In this document: piece by piece, positions 63,672-64,000 of the stretch
Position numbering within the stretch: position 1 is the first letter of the stretch
Layout: the number at the start of each line of letters is the position of its first letter
From: Lytechinus pictus
Taxonomy: Eukaryota
Length of the DNA: 64,000 nucleotides
Assembly: GCF_037042905.1 (NCBI RefSeq)
Contig: NC_087251.1
Coordinates: 47,680,001 to 47,744,000 of the forward strand
Reading direction: 5' to 3'
Notes under the pieces: model-generated
The model's database searches: none
Seen by the model: the letters and a program-made list of their open reading frames with translations, nothing else
What the model was told of the DNA's origin: nothing
Translations under genes and position numbers: made by a program

Positions 63672-64000
63672 CACAAGAAGCATGAAGAATATGATTTTGA
63701 AGTGTTTGTTAAAATGAAATCAAACTGAAATCATTTAAGGGTATAAGATGGATTTCAAGAGTCCTTCAATTTTCTATCCCACAGCTGGGACTAACGTTCT
63801 GTATAATCAAGTAAAGATCAATTCTTTATAAAATAAATTGAAGTAAAATACCCTCATGTTTGTACTGTAAATGAAGTTTGGACATCAGATGCAATTGATT
63901 CTTATGACTTAACATTGAAAATTGAACAATTCATTGTAAACTTGAAAGGAAAGAATTAGGGGTATTATGATACTTGACGGGGCAAGGAGACTGATGGTTT

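Overview
AT-rich, intron-rich animal DNA; the repeat landscape suggests a sea-urchin-like invertebrate deuterostome, which is an inference. Three multi-exon genes can be spliced by hand with consistent intron phases. (1) AREL1, a filamin-repeat HECT E3 ligase on the minus strand: 15 exons from ATG 38605 down to 1019, with the C-terminus outside the window. It has a roughly 194-aa N-terminal TM plus SAM-like extension that vertebrate AREL1 lacks, and one GC-AG intron. (2) A plus-strand gene head-to-head with AREL1 (40162-52615, 8 coding exons, 376 aa) that joins a CaRF/ALS2CR8-like C-C-H-H DNA-binding domain in frame to a PPC/DUF296 domain. This is the most notable observation, an apparent animal analogue of plant AT-hook-PPC (AHL) proteins. 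(3) FCF1/UTP24 on the minus strand (56649-62609, 6 exons, 202 aa). AREL1 and FCF1 are also neighbours in human, pointing to old microsynteny with a local inversion. The introns are packed with non-autonomous DNA transposons (TTAA-type, hAT-like, Harbinger-like, 9-bp-TSD foldback types), Helentron-like repeat-array elements, tRNA-derived SINEs, an L2/CR1-type LINE broken by three insertions, and a ~177-bp tandem array. All homology calls are from recognition of the sequence, not from database searches.
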